DNA of 64,000 nucleotides from Octopus bimaculoides. Lineage: Eukaryota. This document shows positions 36,716-50,378 of this stretch, piece by piece. Both the position numbers and the translations under genes were made by a program. The stretch covers positions 107,843,490-107,907,489 of the forward strand of contig NC_068983.1 of assembly GCF_001194135.2 (NCBI RefSeq), read 5' to 3'. The stretch's first letter is position 1; each line of letters starts with the position of its first letter. The notes beneath the pieces were generated by a model. The model was not told where the DNA came from and did no database searches. It saw nothing but the letters and a program-made list of their open reading frames with translations.

Positions 36716-39700
36716 TGTCTTCTGATCTATTTACAAATTTGACAAAATGTTTGTAGAACTGTCCAGGATTTAACATGGTGCAGTTACTACAAAATCTACA
36801 TTTCTATAATTTCATATTTTTCTAAACAACCATCTTTGAAGACAGATAAATCTAAGATACTTGGAAGAAACGTTAAAGCAGAAATATTTTTAAGTGTTAC
36901 ATACACTCGCACTTGTACACAAAAACATACACAACACACATCTATACATCTAGTTATATGATACATACGCACACAAATTTAGTCTTGTGAAATTCGTATG
37001 TTCGTTAAGGTTTAAATATGCATGTTAAGTAAAAGATAAATAACAAAGAATCTCCTGAACATAATACAATGCACCTTAAATTCAATGGAGCATACTGGTT
37101 CTTGATAGTTTCAGAACTAATAACACTGGACTGAAAAATCATTTACTAGTAACAACAAATTATAGAGTTGAGATTAATCTAAAGCTGCACAACAGAGTAC
37201 ATTTTACCATCCGCAGATCAAATGTATTCTCAGCTCCTTGCATGACCCAAAGAAGGAGGAAATGTTTGATGAAAGATGTGATAGAAACACTAACCTGATG
37301 CTGTGGTGTAGATGAACCGTATTTGATAACCTGAATCAAATATTTAGAAGGCTTCTCCCTCTTCTAGCAGCATAAGATAGTTGCAGTCAATTTTCTAGGT
37401 ATAGCCAGAAAATATACTTTTAAATTGGCAGCTAGTATATTAATGTTAACGGTATATAGAAAGAGACAAATACAAAACGAATGTATACTCTTATTCAAAC
37501 TCTGTACTATGCCCAGGTTTATTCTCATTTTAATCTGTGGGGCTGGGCTACAATTCCTACAATTTTGTATCATAGTCAGAGAAACCCAGGATTCATTTAT
37601 GAGATTTCATATTTAAGACTAATTCCCCCACATTTATTCTGTTGTTTATCAGAAATGCCAGGTTGCATAGTGGCCAGAGTTTTGGATTGTCATGAATGAT
37701 GATCCAAGTCTCCCTTGTGCTGCTGATCAATTGGTTGGGTGGTTGGTTTACTTTTCAGTTCTATTCTTAAAACTAATTATGTGACAGCAAAAGACTTAAC
37801 AACATTTTTTTTTTTATGTTTTGAATAATAATGAATTCAATATCAATAAACTTCATGAGATTCTGATACAAGAGGACTCTCAACATCTATAAATGACAAA
37901 CACATGTAAGATACTTGTTAAACAGTACTAACCAAGGAAGAAGGAAGACAAGGTAATTTTGTCACTTTGCTGTCAATCAGCTTTGTGCATACAGCATTCC
38001 AGACCATAATGATTGTTATGCATATATATATCTACATAAAATCCTTAAAAATTTGAAATGCAAACTGAATTTTTAAAAAATAATATCTGAAATTGATTTT
38101 ATGACCAGATGTTGTTTACTTGACATTTTATCAGTCACCTGAACACCTATAATGGCCATTACAGCTCTCTTTTAAGTGTTCACGAGTTTAGAATATGCCA
38201 CATTGTACATTTTCTTCATCAGTTTACTTTCAAGTTACAATACAGCTTTGTTTCTTTTGTTTTTATATTTTTGTCCCCCACAAACTGAGTAGCAAAACTT
38301 ACAAAACTCTTACATAACATTGAGCAAAGCAAATTATTCCAAATAGAATACAAAAATTAAGTATGAAAAATAAATTCTTTAATTTAAAGTGTAAAATTCT
38401 AGAATCTACTGTTTGCTTGTTATAAGTTGTTACTTGACACATTCATGGTATTCAGTAAATCAATGTTTAGAGTGTAAGGTAAAGACTTTAAAAATGTCCT
38501 TCCATATTTTTTCTTTCTCTAAATATTTTTACTTTACAGTCATGTAAAATGTATGTCAAGTTACAAGTTATACAATATCAATAACATTGCTAATTTTTCT
38601 TAATTTTGAAGCAGATAATTATTGTGCCTGTTTACTATGGCAATATATATATACACAGACACTATCTATCATAATTAAAAAAAAATCAACAATAATAATA
38701 AAACAACAACATCAATACTAATACTAATAATAGTAACAATAATAATAATAATAATAATAATCATTATAATAAAACAATAAGTTTATCTCTAACATTATAA
38801 CCTAAAATGGTTAATTAAAAAGAATTCATAGCCCATAGGGTTTTTTTTTACAGTTAACTAAAAATGTTATAAGCCAAGTGTCCACTATCACAGTTAAGAG
38901 CATATCTAGCACATGGTGACTGATGACCATTTTTCAATAATGGTCAATCAGTGTAGAAATCAGTTAGTGTCATTATAGCTGACCAGCTGCAGGATACCTC
39001 ATTCTGGTGTTTATGTTTCCATACTAGCTTACAATGATAACAAAACTAGTACAGTACCTTGTATATTAGATCCAACCAAATGCATAGGTATCACCACAGC
39101 TGAGGCATTGGATCAAAGTAAATCAATATAGAAAGCAGTGATAGCAAAATTTGTTGAAGAAGACTAGAAATTATCAATAGGACTTTATAACGAAAACAGA
39201 GAACCTTTACCTTTTGAAGAAATGTAAGTGCTGTTTTTGCTTCATGGGAATAGAATTTTAGTGTCAAGTAGAGAAAATATTTTGACAAACAACTATTTAA
39301 TATCTTTTTTTCCAAAAAGTAACTTCCACAAGAGTAATTTAATTGCTTTGAGCGAATTCATGATACCTTTTGATATTTGTTTGGGGAGAAGATGGAGGTA
39401 AGAAATGGTGTTCAAATGTTTGTTTTGTTTATTTTTTCTGTATCTTTATAGCTCTAACGATAGTCTCACCAAGCTCTGAGTCATGTGACTTGTTCACCCA
39501 GACTTTTCAATTTCAATAGTCTTCCCATACAAAGCCCTTTTATGGTGCATTAGTTATTGCTTGCAGCCAGGGAGGGAATGAACTGATACACATACATCAT
39601 TGAATAATGAGATGTGAACACTTCAGAAAAGTAACATAGCCTATTTTTCCTTTCTTTATATTTGTATGTGCACACTTGGGGCATGAGACTTAAAAATTTT

Positions 39701-40102
39701 CACATAAGGCTCAGACTCACACAAATATAAATATCCATACATGAACTAGAAATGAATTTAAAAAAAAAAAATTATTCCCAGTAAAATTATAAGCAGAAAT
39801 AATAAATAATTGAATAAAATGTGCATTTTTGTTTTGCATGAAATAAAAAGTTAACATTTTCAGAGTGTGGTCCTGCCCTAGTTTGGCAGTAGTGGCAAGG
39901 TTTAAAACAGAAGTTTGCAAAGCAAAATTAGCTTTCAGCAATGAACTTAAGTCCTTACCTGACTGTAAAATCTGAATGTTGTTGACAACCATAGTCTGTA
40001 TAAGACACTGGTTACACAGATTTATGGTATGTTACTTTGGCAGGGAGATATGGAAGTATTAACTTCCCTGCATCTGACTCTCTCTCTCTCTCTCTGCATC
40101 TT

Positions 40103-40134
<32 letters not shown>

Positions 40135-40989
40135 TCTACTTCACCAAACCAGCTGGTTCTAGAGAAAAGGCAGTTGCCACTTATATATATGTTTGTCTTA
40201 CATAATTCCTCTCATTTATATCAAACATATATTATATTCATTAGGACAGCTACTCATATTACATGTATATATATAATATGATCACATGCACACATAGCAA
40301 ACATACATATGCATGTATACATGTGCATAAAAATATATAAACATGTACACATACATATATAATGTGAATGAATATATTTATGTATGCATATGTGTGTGTG
40401 TGTGTATATATATATCTATATATATATATATATATATAGGTATGTGTTTATGTATATATATATATATACACATGTACACATGCACATATATATATATATG
40501 GCATGAAGGTTCCTTGTTCAAGTGTACATAGAAATCGTTCATTGGTAATGCTGGGATCCTTAATTATTAAGAAAACTCTGAAAATATATTGCCTTTGAAG
40601 TCTATATAGAGTGAACCATTGGCTGAGTTGGTAAATTGTTTTCTTTTTATCAGAGTTTTGAATATTTCCCATAAAACACAAGACTTGAAGTGTGAAAATG
40701 TTACTTTTAGCTACTATCTAACCCTCTTCTCCAGGTATTAGAATACAGTTACTAATAATTATTGAGTATATTTAGTTACAAATCAAAGCCAAAAAATCAA
40801 CATAACAATCATTTAAAATATTACATTGGTTAAATATCAAGTTTGGCTGAATATGAAATATAGACTGAATACATTTTTAATTTAAGAACGACATTATATG
40901 CTTAACTGAGAAAAACAAGGTTGAGTGACTGCTTATCTTATGTATATAGAAAAAGGTTCTTATTAAACTGTTTGACAGTATAAAATCGC

Positions 40990-41363
40990 CATTTAGCCCT
41001 CCACTCAACTGCAGACAAGGCCTATAATTCTGTGAGCCTTATGTTAGCTACATAGCCAGCAGTGTTGACCACCATTTTTGAAACATGGAATATAGAGTAT
41101 GTCAGGCTTCTATTCATGTGTTGGAAATCAGTTTGGCATTGTGTGCTAATGAGTGGCTCTTGTGGGCTTGCGATCAGCTGGATGCTGGGATCCATTTGTA
41201 TAATTCTAGTTTGATACAAAACTTTCATAACACCTTGTGGCATGGTTTCAATGTAATCCATATGCTTTTATTATGGATGATTAGTAATGAAACTCCAGCA
41301 AAAAAATTGAACTTCAATTTCACTATAATAGTGCCTGATTTTCAAATATTTAATAACAAATAA
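40990..41363 (+). pseudogene. lines-like C-terminal-region remnant
   Basis: ORF 41085-41363 reads CQASIHVLEISLAL...FHNTLWHGFNVIHMLLLWMISNETPAKKLNFNFTIIVPDFQIF (WMISNET at 41274-41294). This resembles the Lines motif FD..VLLD(W/F)LISNET.FL.Y...DW. An in-frame TGA at 41079 precedes it. Confidence 0.6.
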
Positions 41364-42204
41364 TGGATATAAAGACACAATTTTAGATTCTAACACAACT
41401 GTATCCTTTTTGCTGTGTCTGATTTGGTATATACATTTTGATCACAGTTTCAACTGTGTTTTTTTTCTTTTTATATATATAGCAAAGAGTGATTACATGG
41501 AAAAAAAAGTATTCCATAATTACAGAAACACTTTCACTCTACACCATTCCATCAAGTAAAAAATATTACACTAGTTGCAACTTAGTAACAGTCAAAAGAC
41601 CGTTGATCATTTAGGAATTCATACACACAAAATGGCTACCCAGAATATCCACTTGTTTAGTTTTAGGTGATGAGCCAAGGAGATGTAAATGTCAGATTAA
41701 CATAACAATTAACATTTATACAAACAGGGACACAGATGACGATGTACTTTTCCTTTAGACGTCATTCAGTTCAGCACCAGTTGGGGGCCATTGTCTGTGT
41801 TACAGGTGAAATGAATGATATTCTGCCTCCATTTAATATCCTCATAAAACCAACATTGGGTTAACAACCCTCAGCTTTCAGTATTGCCTTCTCAATTCAT
41901 ACAGTTAAGTTACTTTTCACACGTCTCTTCACTGATCCATTACCAATTTAATAGTTTTCAATTCTTCGTTAGTTATGAGAATCCTTTCTTTCAGTTGAAT
42001 CTACACCTGTAGCATCAATGGCTTTAAGAAGATGAACAATGATAGTGTTGACAACTTGATCTTAAGCAGTTTTATCACCCAGATTATCAAATTAAGTCTT
42101 CACAGAGTGAAACGTTTCTGTAAGTATACAAAAATGGGACATATATGTATGTATGTACATATATTTATATTTGAGATATGTATATATATACATACACACA
42201 TGTA

Positions 42205-42320
<116 letters not shown>

Positions 42321-43627
42321 GATTATATACATACATGTATATATGTGTGTGCATACGAGTATACATATATACATACACACACATTTGAATGTGTGTATAG
42401 ATATATATTCATATATACATATATATATACACATTTATGTCTATGTATGTATCTGTATGATTGCATACATATATATGTAATGCATATATATATACATGCA
42501 TTGCATGTATATACACACATATAGATATACATATGTATGGTATATATGGTATATATATATATATATATAAAATATATATATACATACATATATTTGTATA
42601 TATAAGTATTTATATAGATGTATATGTGTGTATGTATATATATATATATATCCAATTTTTCAATGCAAAGATTCTTTTCAGTACATTTTTGTAAAGTGAA
42701 AGCAGATTTCCCACAAAACTTTCCATCCTTGGTCATGATAACTAAGTACTTGGAGGTACTAGTTTTTCTATCTATCAGTCTACCTAGACTTCTATTATAT
42801 ACGTATGAATTTACATACATATATACACAGACACATGTATATTTGTGTAATGTATTACACATATATACATATCTGTATACTATGTATATTTTTTATTGTT
42901 TTGTTTCGTTTTTTTTTTTAATGAAATTAATAACAACTGATTAAAATAAGGATTGATGAGTGGCAGGCAATGTAATATGATTTGCTTGCATATATTTTTC
43001 TGGAAAGACTGAAGGCAAACTGAAAGCTAAGTTCTCTTACATACACCTAAATACAAACATACACATTTTAGATACTTCATTCATTTTGTTTGTTTGCTTT
43101 AACTTTAAACTCGTTTGCCTTCTCTTTCTCATGATGGGTTTGGGGAGTTGAATAATAACAATATATTTTTAGCATCTTTTTTTTTTTTCCTTCAGAGCAT
43201 GACTGGGAAAAGTGCAGGCATCATGTACCAAACAGCTATTGGCGAAAGGGAAAGCCTCTTTCCACATTTTACTTCATTTCTCATTGCTTCCTGGAAACAT
43301 TCATTTGATAGTGATGATTACTTATTTAAAATGACTTCTTCTTATTGTCACCGGATGGACAAATATGAACTAAGAAACAATAGCATGATCTTGTAGGAAT
43401 ATGACCAACATCTATTGTCCAGGATGAATGCTGTGTCCACTTGTAATAGATTACACAATCCTAAGAACACAAATTTGTGAGTTACTCCTCCAGGTTATGG
43501 TCTGAAGATATGTTGGCATGCCACTGTAATGAATCCAGAAACCTCCTAATTTTAAGGAGGAAACTGGAGCAGCCAAGGATATCCCAGGAATCCAGGTAGG
43601 AGGGAAGTGAGTAGGGGTTGTTTCTAT

Positions 43628-43971
43628 TTACATAGCGGATTCACGCACATTTTCTTCATTGTCTCCAAGGTATACACCACTTTCACTGCTCTGTAGCCAG
43701 GAGGCGCTACGGTGCATGTCCTTAACGGTACAGTTGTGATGCTCGGGCCACGGGGAAGATGAGCTCGTTGTCTGATAGATCCTCAAAATAGGGACCTTGC
43801 TTTCATGAAAGACGTAATAGTTTATGACTTGTGCAACTGCATGACTCAAAAACATGCCACAGGCGAGGAACAGAAGCAGATATACACTGTGGAACACCAT
43901 CTGTCGGCTCGCTAGCTCTGTACTTGTGAGGTTATTTTGGAGGAGCTGGACCGAGACCTCTTGAAGAATTC
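43628..43971 (-). CDS. Terminal coding exon of pentaspan membrane protein: TM5 and cytoplasmic tail
   Basis: Acceptor acatttatcttccag|GA (phase 1). Reads ILQEVSVQLLQNNLTSTELASRQMVFHSVYLLLFLACGMFLSHAVAQVINYY...VRESAM, stop at 43628-43630. Confidence 0.85.
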
Positions 43972-44326
43972 CTGGAAGATAAATGTTTTCTAATTAGTCA
44001 TCATTTTCAAATAAAAACAGGTTTAACTTAACATCTCAATATATAAAGAAGAAATACAAATTATTGTAAGTTTAAATAATATGAAATAGATAGAAATTAG
44101 GTTTAAAGCATAAAATTAAACAGTAAATGATAGCAAATTATCAGTACTTAATTGAATAGTATTCAAGTTCTTTTATACTAAATATCTTGACTGGAATTTT
44201 TCTAATAAGTACATAACAATAAAACTTATTTTTAAGATGAGTTGTTTATAAATATATAATAAAAGAATATGGTGGCAATAATTCAATGTTTAAGAAATAA
44301 TATTTTTGATTTTCTAAGATACTAAC

Positions 44327-44483
44327 CATCATAAAACTGTGGCTGGATGGACATGAAGTTACACGAGGTAATTGTGGTGGTAGGAAGTGATGGTGGCGAG
44401 CTACATGAAGTCTGTGATGATGAAGATGATGTGTTTCCCATAATGTTGCAGATATCTTCCAAAACTTTATTTAAAAGCTGCCT
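44327..44483 (-). CDS. Exon 4 (157 nt) of pentaspan membrane protein; Cys- and Ser/Thr-rich extracellular segment; absent from ORF track
   Basis: Acceptor catttgattttttatag|AGG (phase 0), open frame RQLLNKVLEDICNIMGNTSSSSSQTSCSSPPSLPTTTITSCNFMSIQPQFYD, donor GATG|GTTAGT (phase 1). It bridges the phases of exons 3 and 5 exactly. Confidence 0.85.
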
Positions 44484-44799
44484 CTATAAAAAATCAAATG
44501 AAATGAAATTGAGATTATTAAAATATGAACATTTTTCTGATTTATAACTAGGTCGCATCATAATTTGCCAATATATACCATATTTCTCTAAATATCTTGC
44601 ACATATCTATAGGGACCTTTGCAGCAAATAGTTATATTTAACTTTAATATATCACTTCTAATATTTCTTTTTTATTAATTCTAATTTAAAAGTAGAAACC
44701 AATAAAATAATCTACAATTCTTCTAATCAACAAACACCCTTTCCCTAACAAATGTTAAACAAATGAACACTTCAGTAAAGGCTTTTTTAGGACATAGGT

Positions 44800-45130
44800 C
44801 ATTTATCTTTTACTTGTTTCTGTTATTGGACTGTGGCTGTACCCGGACGTCACCTTGAAGGGTTGAGTAAAATTGACCCCAATATTCATTTTAAAACCTC
44901 GTACTTATTTTATTGGTTCCTTTTTGCCAAACCACCAAGTTAAGGGGATACACACAAACCAACACTGATTGTTAAGCAGTGGAAGGACACTCACACACGC
45001 AAAAGGCTTCTTTTAGTTTCTGTTAACCAAATCTATTCACAAAACTTTGGTCTATAGTGGACAATACTTGCTCAGCATGATACAGTGGGATTGAATGCAA
45101 CAGCACAATGTTGGAAAAGAAGCTTCTTAC
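44800..45130 (-). mobile_element. Degenerate OR2-like SINE
   Basis: ttttacttgtttc...gactgtggc tail and caaatctattcacaaaactttggtc body, as in 7205-7619. Confidence 0.7.
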
Positions 45131-45972
45131 ATATAAATTTAAACAAAAAAAGCAGAAGCTTATGACCAACATTAAAAAAAAAACACACTTTGAGCTAATG
45201 ACAGCCTCTGCATAATCACTTAATCTGCTCAAAATAGCAATCTAATTTCCCTTGTTTCATCTCACTGTCTTTAAAGCAAAAGGCCACATAATCCTATATA
45301 TATATACTATGCCTGAAAGAAAAAGGCAGGATGGTCAAAGTCGAATTTTGATCATAGGTCTGCTCAGTCAGCACTGTTACAGATGCTATGTTATGTTTTG
45401 ATGTAAGAGGTTAACAAGTCAAAGAAAATATAACAACAGGAGCACTAGCCTTCTGGCTAAATGATTAAGTTACCATGAGGAAATGAAATTCCTAACTCAT
45501 AAGGAAAGTCACCAAAACACAGGGTTTGCATGGTACATATACACTTGTGTTTCTAGTACCTCAGTTAACAACATAAGAAACAATGTCCAATAATTAGAAG
45601 AATAATACAAACTCGATAATACAAACAAAAAAAAAAAAGTCAAACGTTACACAGTGTTTCACTGAGTGTATCTAAGTAGACAGTGTCAAGATTAACAAAA
45701 TGTTTAAGATTAATCATAGTCTAATTTGTCTGCAGTTAAGACCTTTAAGTATAGATGTAAACTTGGATTCCAGTTCCCAGATTTCATAAGCAATATATAT
45801 CAAAGAAATAATAGTCCAATTTCAAAATTTCTATAGTTATACCTGTTTCATAATAAGGGTGTCATATATATATATATATATAAATACACTCACACACACA
45901 CACATATATATATATATGTACACACACATATATATACACACATATGTATATGTGTGTATATATATATATATA

Positions 45973-46480
45973 CATCATCATCATTTAAGGTCTGCTTTCC
46001 AGGCTGGCATGGGTTGGACGATTTGACTGAGGACTGGCGAACCAGATGGCTGCACCAGGCCACAGAGTTTCTACAGCTGGATGCCCTTTCTAATGCCAAC
46101 CACTCCNNNNNNNNNNTGCACCAGGCCACAGAGTTTCTACAGCTGGATGCCCTTTCTAATGCCAACCACTCCGAGAGTGTAGTGGGTGCTTTTACGTGCC
46201 ACCGGCACGAGGGCTAGTCAAGCAGTACTGGCCATGCTCAAATGGTGTTTTTTACATGCCACCTGCACAGGAGCCAGTCCCGTGGCACTGGCAACGACCT
46301 TGCTTGAATATTTTTTTACGTGCCACCTGCACAAGTGGCAGTAAGACAAAGCTGGTAATGATAACGTTCGAATGGGGCTTTTTATGTGCCACCGGCGTGG
46401 AAGCCAGTCAGCTGCTCTGGCAATGATCATGCTTGGATGGTGCCTTTAGCGTTCCACTAGGATGGATGCCAGTCATCGAA
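45973..46480 (-). mobile_element. Hairpin-subrepeat retroelement with (GAT)n tail
   Basis: Reverse-oriented homologue of 18600-19105; hairpin at 46273-46292. Confidence 0.8.
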
Positions 46481-46665
46481 TTTGATTTCAATTTACATAT
46501 ACATACATATTGGAAAATATGTGAGATCCTTGGAACAGTTGAGTATATTTTCATATATATATTATNNNNNNNNNNNNNNNNNNNNNNNNNNNNNNNNNNN
46601 NNNNNNNNNNNNNNNNNNNNNNNNNNNNNNNNNNNNNNNNNNNNNNNNNNNNNNNNNNNNNNNNN

Positions 46666-46701
<36 letters not shown>

Positions 46702-47389
46702 GCAAACATATATACACACATATATGTATATATATTCATGAATTTTCACACACAAAAATATTGCTTGAAAATATAACTGATTATAGCCCATTGCAATTTG
46801 AGTGCTAACCAACATCAGTATTACATAATAAAAGGGGAAACATATTCATTCAATAATATTTAATTAGTTTGAGAAAAAGATTAATTAGAAAAATTGGATA
46901 CCAATGTGGCTCAAAATTACTGGAAGCTATTATACTCAACTCTAAAATTAATCATTAAAAAAAAAAACCTATAAAATGGCTTATTATTGGTGGATTGACA
47001 GAATCATTATTGATAAAAAATGCTTTGCCGAATATATTCTGACCCTTTATTCAAATCCTGCTGAGCTCAACTTTGCATTCCATTGTTTCATGGTTGATAA
47101 AATAATGTACTAGTCAAGTACTGGAGTCAATGTAATTAACTAAACCCCTTACTCCAAATCTGCTGGCCTTGTGCCTAATTTCAAAACAATTATTATTATT
47201 ATTATCATCATTATCATTCTGTAGCTCAAATTTTACTGTGTACTTTTGCAGCTCTACAAAGTGCAGCACTGTGTACTTTAGGTATCTTTTATCTTTTACT
47301 TGTTTCAGTCATTAGAGTGTGGCCATGCTGCAGCATACATCTCCGTGACTTTCATTACCTGATCCAACAACTTGATATATATATATATA

Positions 47390-49435
47390 TTATGCAAACG
47401 ATCTTATGGTTTGCAATACCAACTTCAGGAAACCTGCCTGTCACCTAGTCACCTACCGTTCCGGCAGACACTTAAGACAAATCGACTACATCCTCGCCAG
47501 ACATAGGGAAAGAAGGTGGCTTAAAAATGCCAAAACATTCCCCGGCGAAGAATGTACCTCTCAACACAGATTAGTAGTTAGTGACTTCGGGATCAAGGCA
47601 AAAAGGATGCCCAGAAGTAGACCGGCTTGGAGGAGAAGGGTTTGGAAGCTTAAAGATCCTGCAAATGGACAGAGATTTAGAGACATACTACTTGAAGCAT
47701 TTAACGAAATAGAAGGGGATATAGCATCATACAACGTGGAAGACAACTGGAGGTTTCTACGGGACAACCTGCTGAGAGCCACCGACCAGATCTGTGGCTG
47801 GTGTAAAGTACCCTCTCGACCCAAAGTAACGTGGTCGACAGGGCTATTAGACAAAAGAAACAGGATTGGAAGGACTGGAAGAATGGAGGTAGCAGGGAAT
47901 TGTATCAGACTGCTAGGAGACAGGTTTATTTAGCCAGAGGGGAAGCAGATAAGAAAAAGTTTGCCAATGTTCTGCACCGTGAGGACCAAAGACTTGAAGT
48001 ATTTCATGTTGCAAGACAGTGTGTGAGAGAGAATCGTGATGTCGTGGGAGAGAAATGTGTTCGCATGGATGATGATAAACTTGCACTAAACGAGGCTGCA
48101 AAGAAAGAGGTTTGGAGATGCCACTACGAAAGATTGCTCAATAAAGAGAATGAATGGGAGAAAGAGAGTCTGCCAAATTTCGACCCAACAGAGGGACCAT
48201 AGTAGATGAAGCAATTAAGAGTATGAAGACAGGGAAAGCCCCCGGCCCATCAGGAATCACTGCAGAGATGCTCAAAATATCTGGTAGTGTCGGCTATAGC
48301 CTAGTCACCCGTATTGTTAATCAAGTGATACACGAAGGAGTCATACCCAATGAATGGTGTAGCAGCACCATAGTCAACTGTTACAAAGGTAAAGGTGACG
48401 CTTTAGATATAAATAATTACAGAGGTATCAAGTTGTTAGATCAGGTAATGAAAGTCACGGAGAGGGTCACAACCCAACTAATTAGGGAGCGAGTCAGTTT
48501 AGATGAGATGCAGTTTGGGTTCGTGCCAGATAAAAGCACCACTGATGCTATATTTCTGGTAAGACAGCTACAGGAGAAATACCTAGCCAAGGATAAACCT
48601 TTGACAGGGTCCCCCGATCCCTTATCTGGTGGTCAATGAGGAAACTAGGGACAGAAAAATGGTTAGTGAAAGCTGTGCGAGCCATGTACAGAGACGCTGT
48701 CAGAAAGGTGAGGGTTGGCAATGAGTACAGTGATGAATTCCGGGTAGAGGTAGGGGCCTACCAAGGTTCTGTCCTCGGCCCCCTCCTATTTATCATAGTC
48801 CTCCAGGTGATAACAAAGGAATTCAAGACAGGATGCCCCTGGGAGCTCCTCTATGCTGATGACCTTGCACTAATTGCTGAGTCACAATCAGAACTAGAGG
48901 AGAAGTTTCAGGTGTGGAAGCAAGGACTAGAAGCGAAGGGCCTTAGAGTCAACCTAGCTAAGACCAAAGTCCTAATAAGTGGGAAGGTAGACAAAACACA
49001 AATTCCATCAGGTAGATGGCTCTGCTCGATCTGTAGAAAAAGTGTAGGTAGAAACTCTATAAGATGTACCCAATACAAGCTATGGACACATAAGAGGTGC
49101 AGCAATATCAAAGGCAAGTTAACTAGGAAGTTAGTTTTTGTATGTGGTAGATGTTCAGGTGCAATAAACACTGAAAATGTCAGAAAACAACTTCTGTCAC
49201 ATTCCAGGGAGAAAAACTTGACGTAGTTGATAGCTTCCAATATCTGGGTGACCAAGTTAGTAGTGGGGAAGGGTGCGCTGAAAGTGTAGCTACTAGAATA
49301 AGAATAGCCTGGGCAAAGTTCAGAGAGCTGTTACCTCTGCTGGCGACAAAGGGCCTCTCATTCAGAGTAAAAGGCAGACTGTATGACGCATGTGTATGGA
49401 CAGCCATGCTACATGGCAGTGAAACATGTGAAATC
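47390..49435 (+). mobile_element. 5'- and 3'-truncated RTE-clade LINE (APE C-terminus plus RT), frameshifted
   Basis: TYRSGRHLRQIDYIL, QHRLVVSDF, QFGFVPDKSTTDAIF, QGSVLGPLLF, LYADD (~48850). Split over several ORFs and antisense within intron 3 of the membrane-protein gene. Confidence 0.92.
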
Positions 49436-50378
49436 AATATTCTGTGGGTGTTCTAGGGGTTAGATTTGCAGTGTTTTGTTATTAATTTCGCCCATGTTCT
49501 ATCTGCATGGCTTTATGTTAAGAATGAATTTAAGCATTTTGTGTTTGCTACTATTGCATTCATAATGCATTCTTTCTTTCAAATATTCTATTTCAATTAC
49601 TGAAAATTATTTTCTTTGAGAATGCATTCTACTTTTTCTGTTTAGGTCCAGCAATATGTTTATTTCCCACCAAATTTTACATGAATATATATTGTCTTCT
49701 TTTGAGTATCTCTGAAATATTGCTTTTGTTTTAGGAACACTGCTATCTATTTTTGGGAGAAGGAGGTTAGTTAATACCATCAACCCCAATACTAGACTGG
49801 TACTCTATTTTATCAACCGAAGAAGGATGAACTTGGGATTTGTATTTTGAATGTAAAGAGCTAGAATAAATACTGCAAGAAATTTTGCCAATGTTCTAAC
49901 AGTCCTGCCAACCAACTACCCTTGCTTCACTGCAAAATATCCATACATGTCAATCTATGCTTTTTGTATTGCATTTGTGAGACTTGAGAAGCAAAGTTTG
50001 GTCCTTTCTTTAGATTGCTATCATTTTAGTTGGCTAGTTGGTTTATTCATCCTTGGTTTAGCATGCACAGCTCCTAATTTTTTTTTTTCCATCTGATTGA
50101 AAGAATAGATTTCACTATCAACAAACATGGTCATCTGAACATCAATATTTTTTATTTGAATTATTTATCATTTTTATGAGTGGTGTTGGTGGAACAGATA
50201 GGTTTTTGTGTTCACAGTCTGTTTATAGTATGAGATTGCAAGATACTCCATACATGTGTAATACATCAATCATATGTTGTAGTAATCAATAAACTTTACA
50301 GAGTATTATTTAGAAAGTTTTACATTTTTATAAATTTCTTTGTGTTTTAATTGTTATTGGATACTTTTTGGAACAATC

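Larger units (their letters stand above)
28292..42127 (+). pseudogene. lines (LINS1): Decayed intron-containing Lines/LINS1-like pseudogene (whole span)
   Basis: Colinear fragments resemble the Lines N- and C-terminal conserved regions as recalled from human LINS1 and Drosophila lines: LFEYILKVIKGEAVLE; TELLLLLQKLFSV; LLDHVK...NNDKF/AAQ; ILQLLMEV...E...KHK; LLLWMISNET...IIVPDF. Splice sites are retained alongside internal stops and frameshifts. No database search was run. Confidence 0.65.

Noticed and set aside
41022-41261. 79-aa minus-strand ORF (MDYIETMPQG...)
   Set aside because: No acceptor or recognisable motif. It is better explained as the antisense shadow of the lines-like plus-strand frame.
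46052-46171. Exact 55-bp direct repeat around a 10-N gap
   Set aside because: Most likely overlapping contig ends left unmerged, not a biological duplication.
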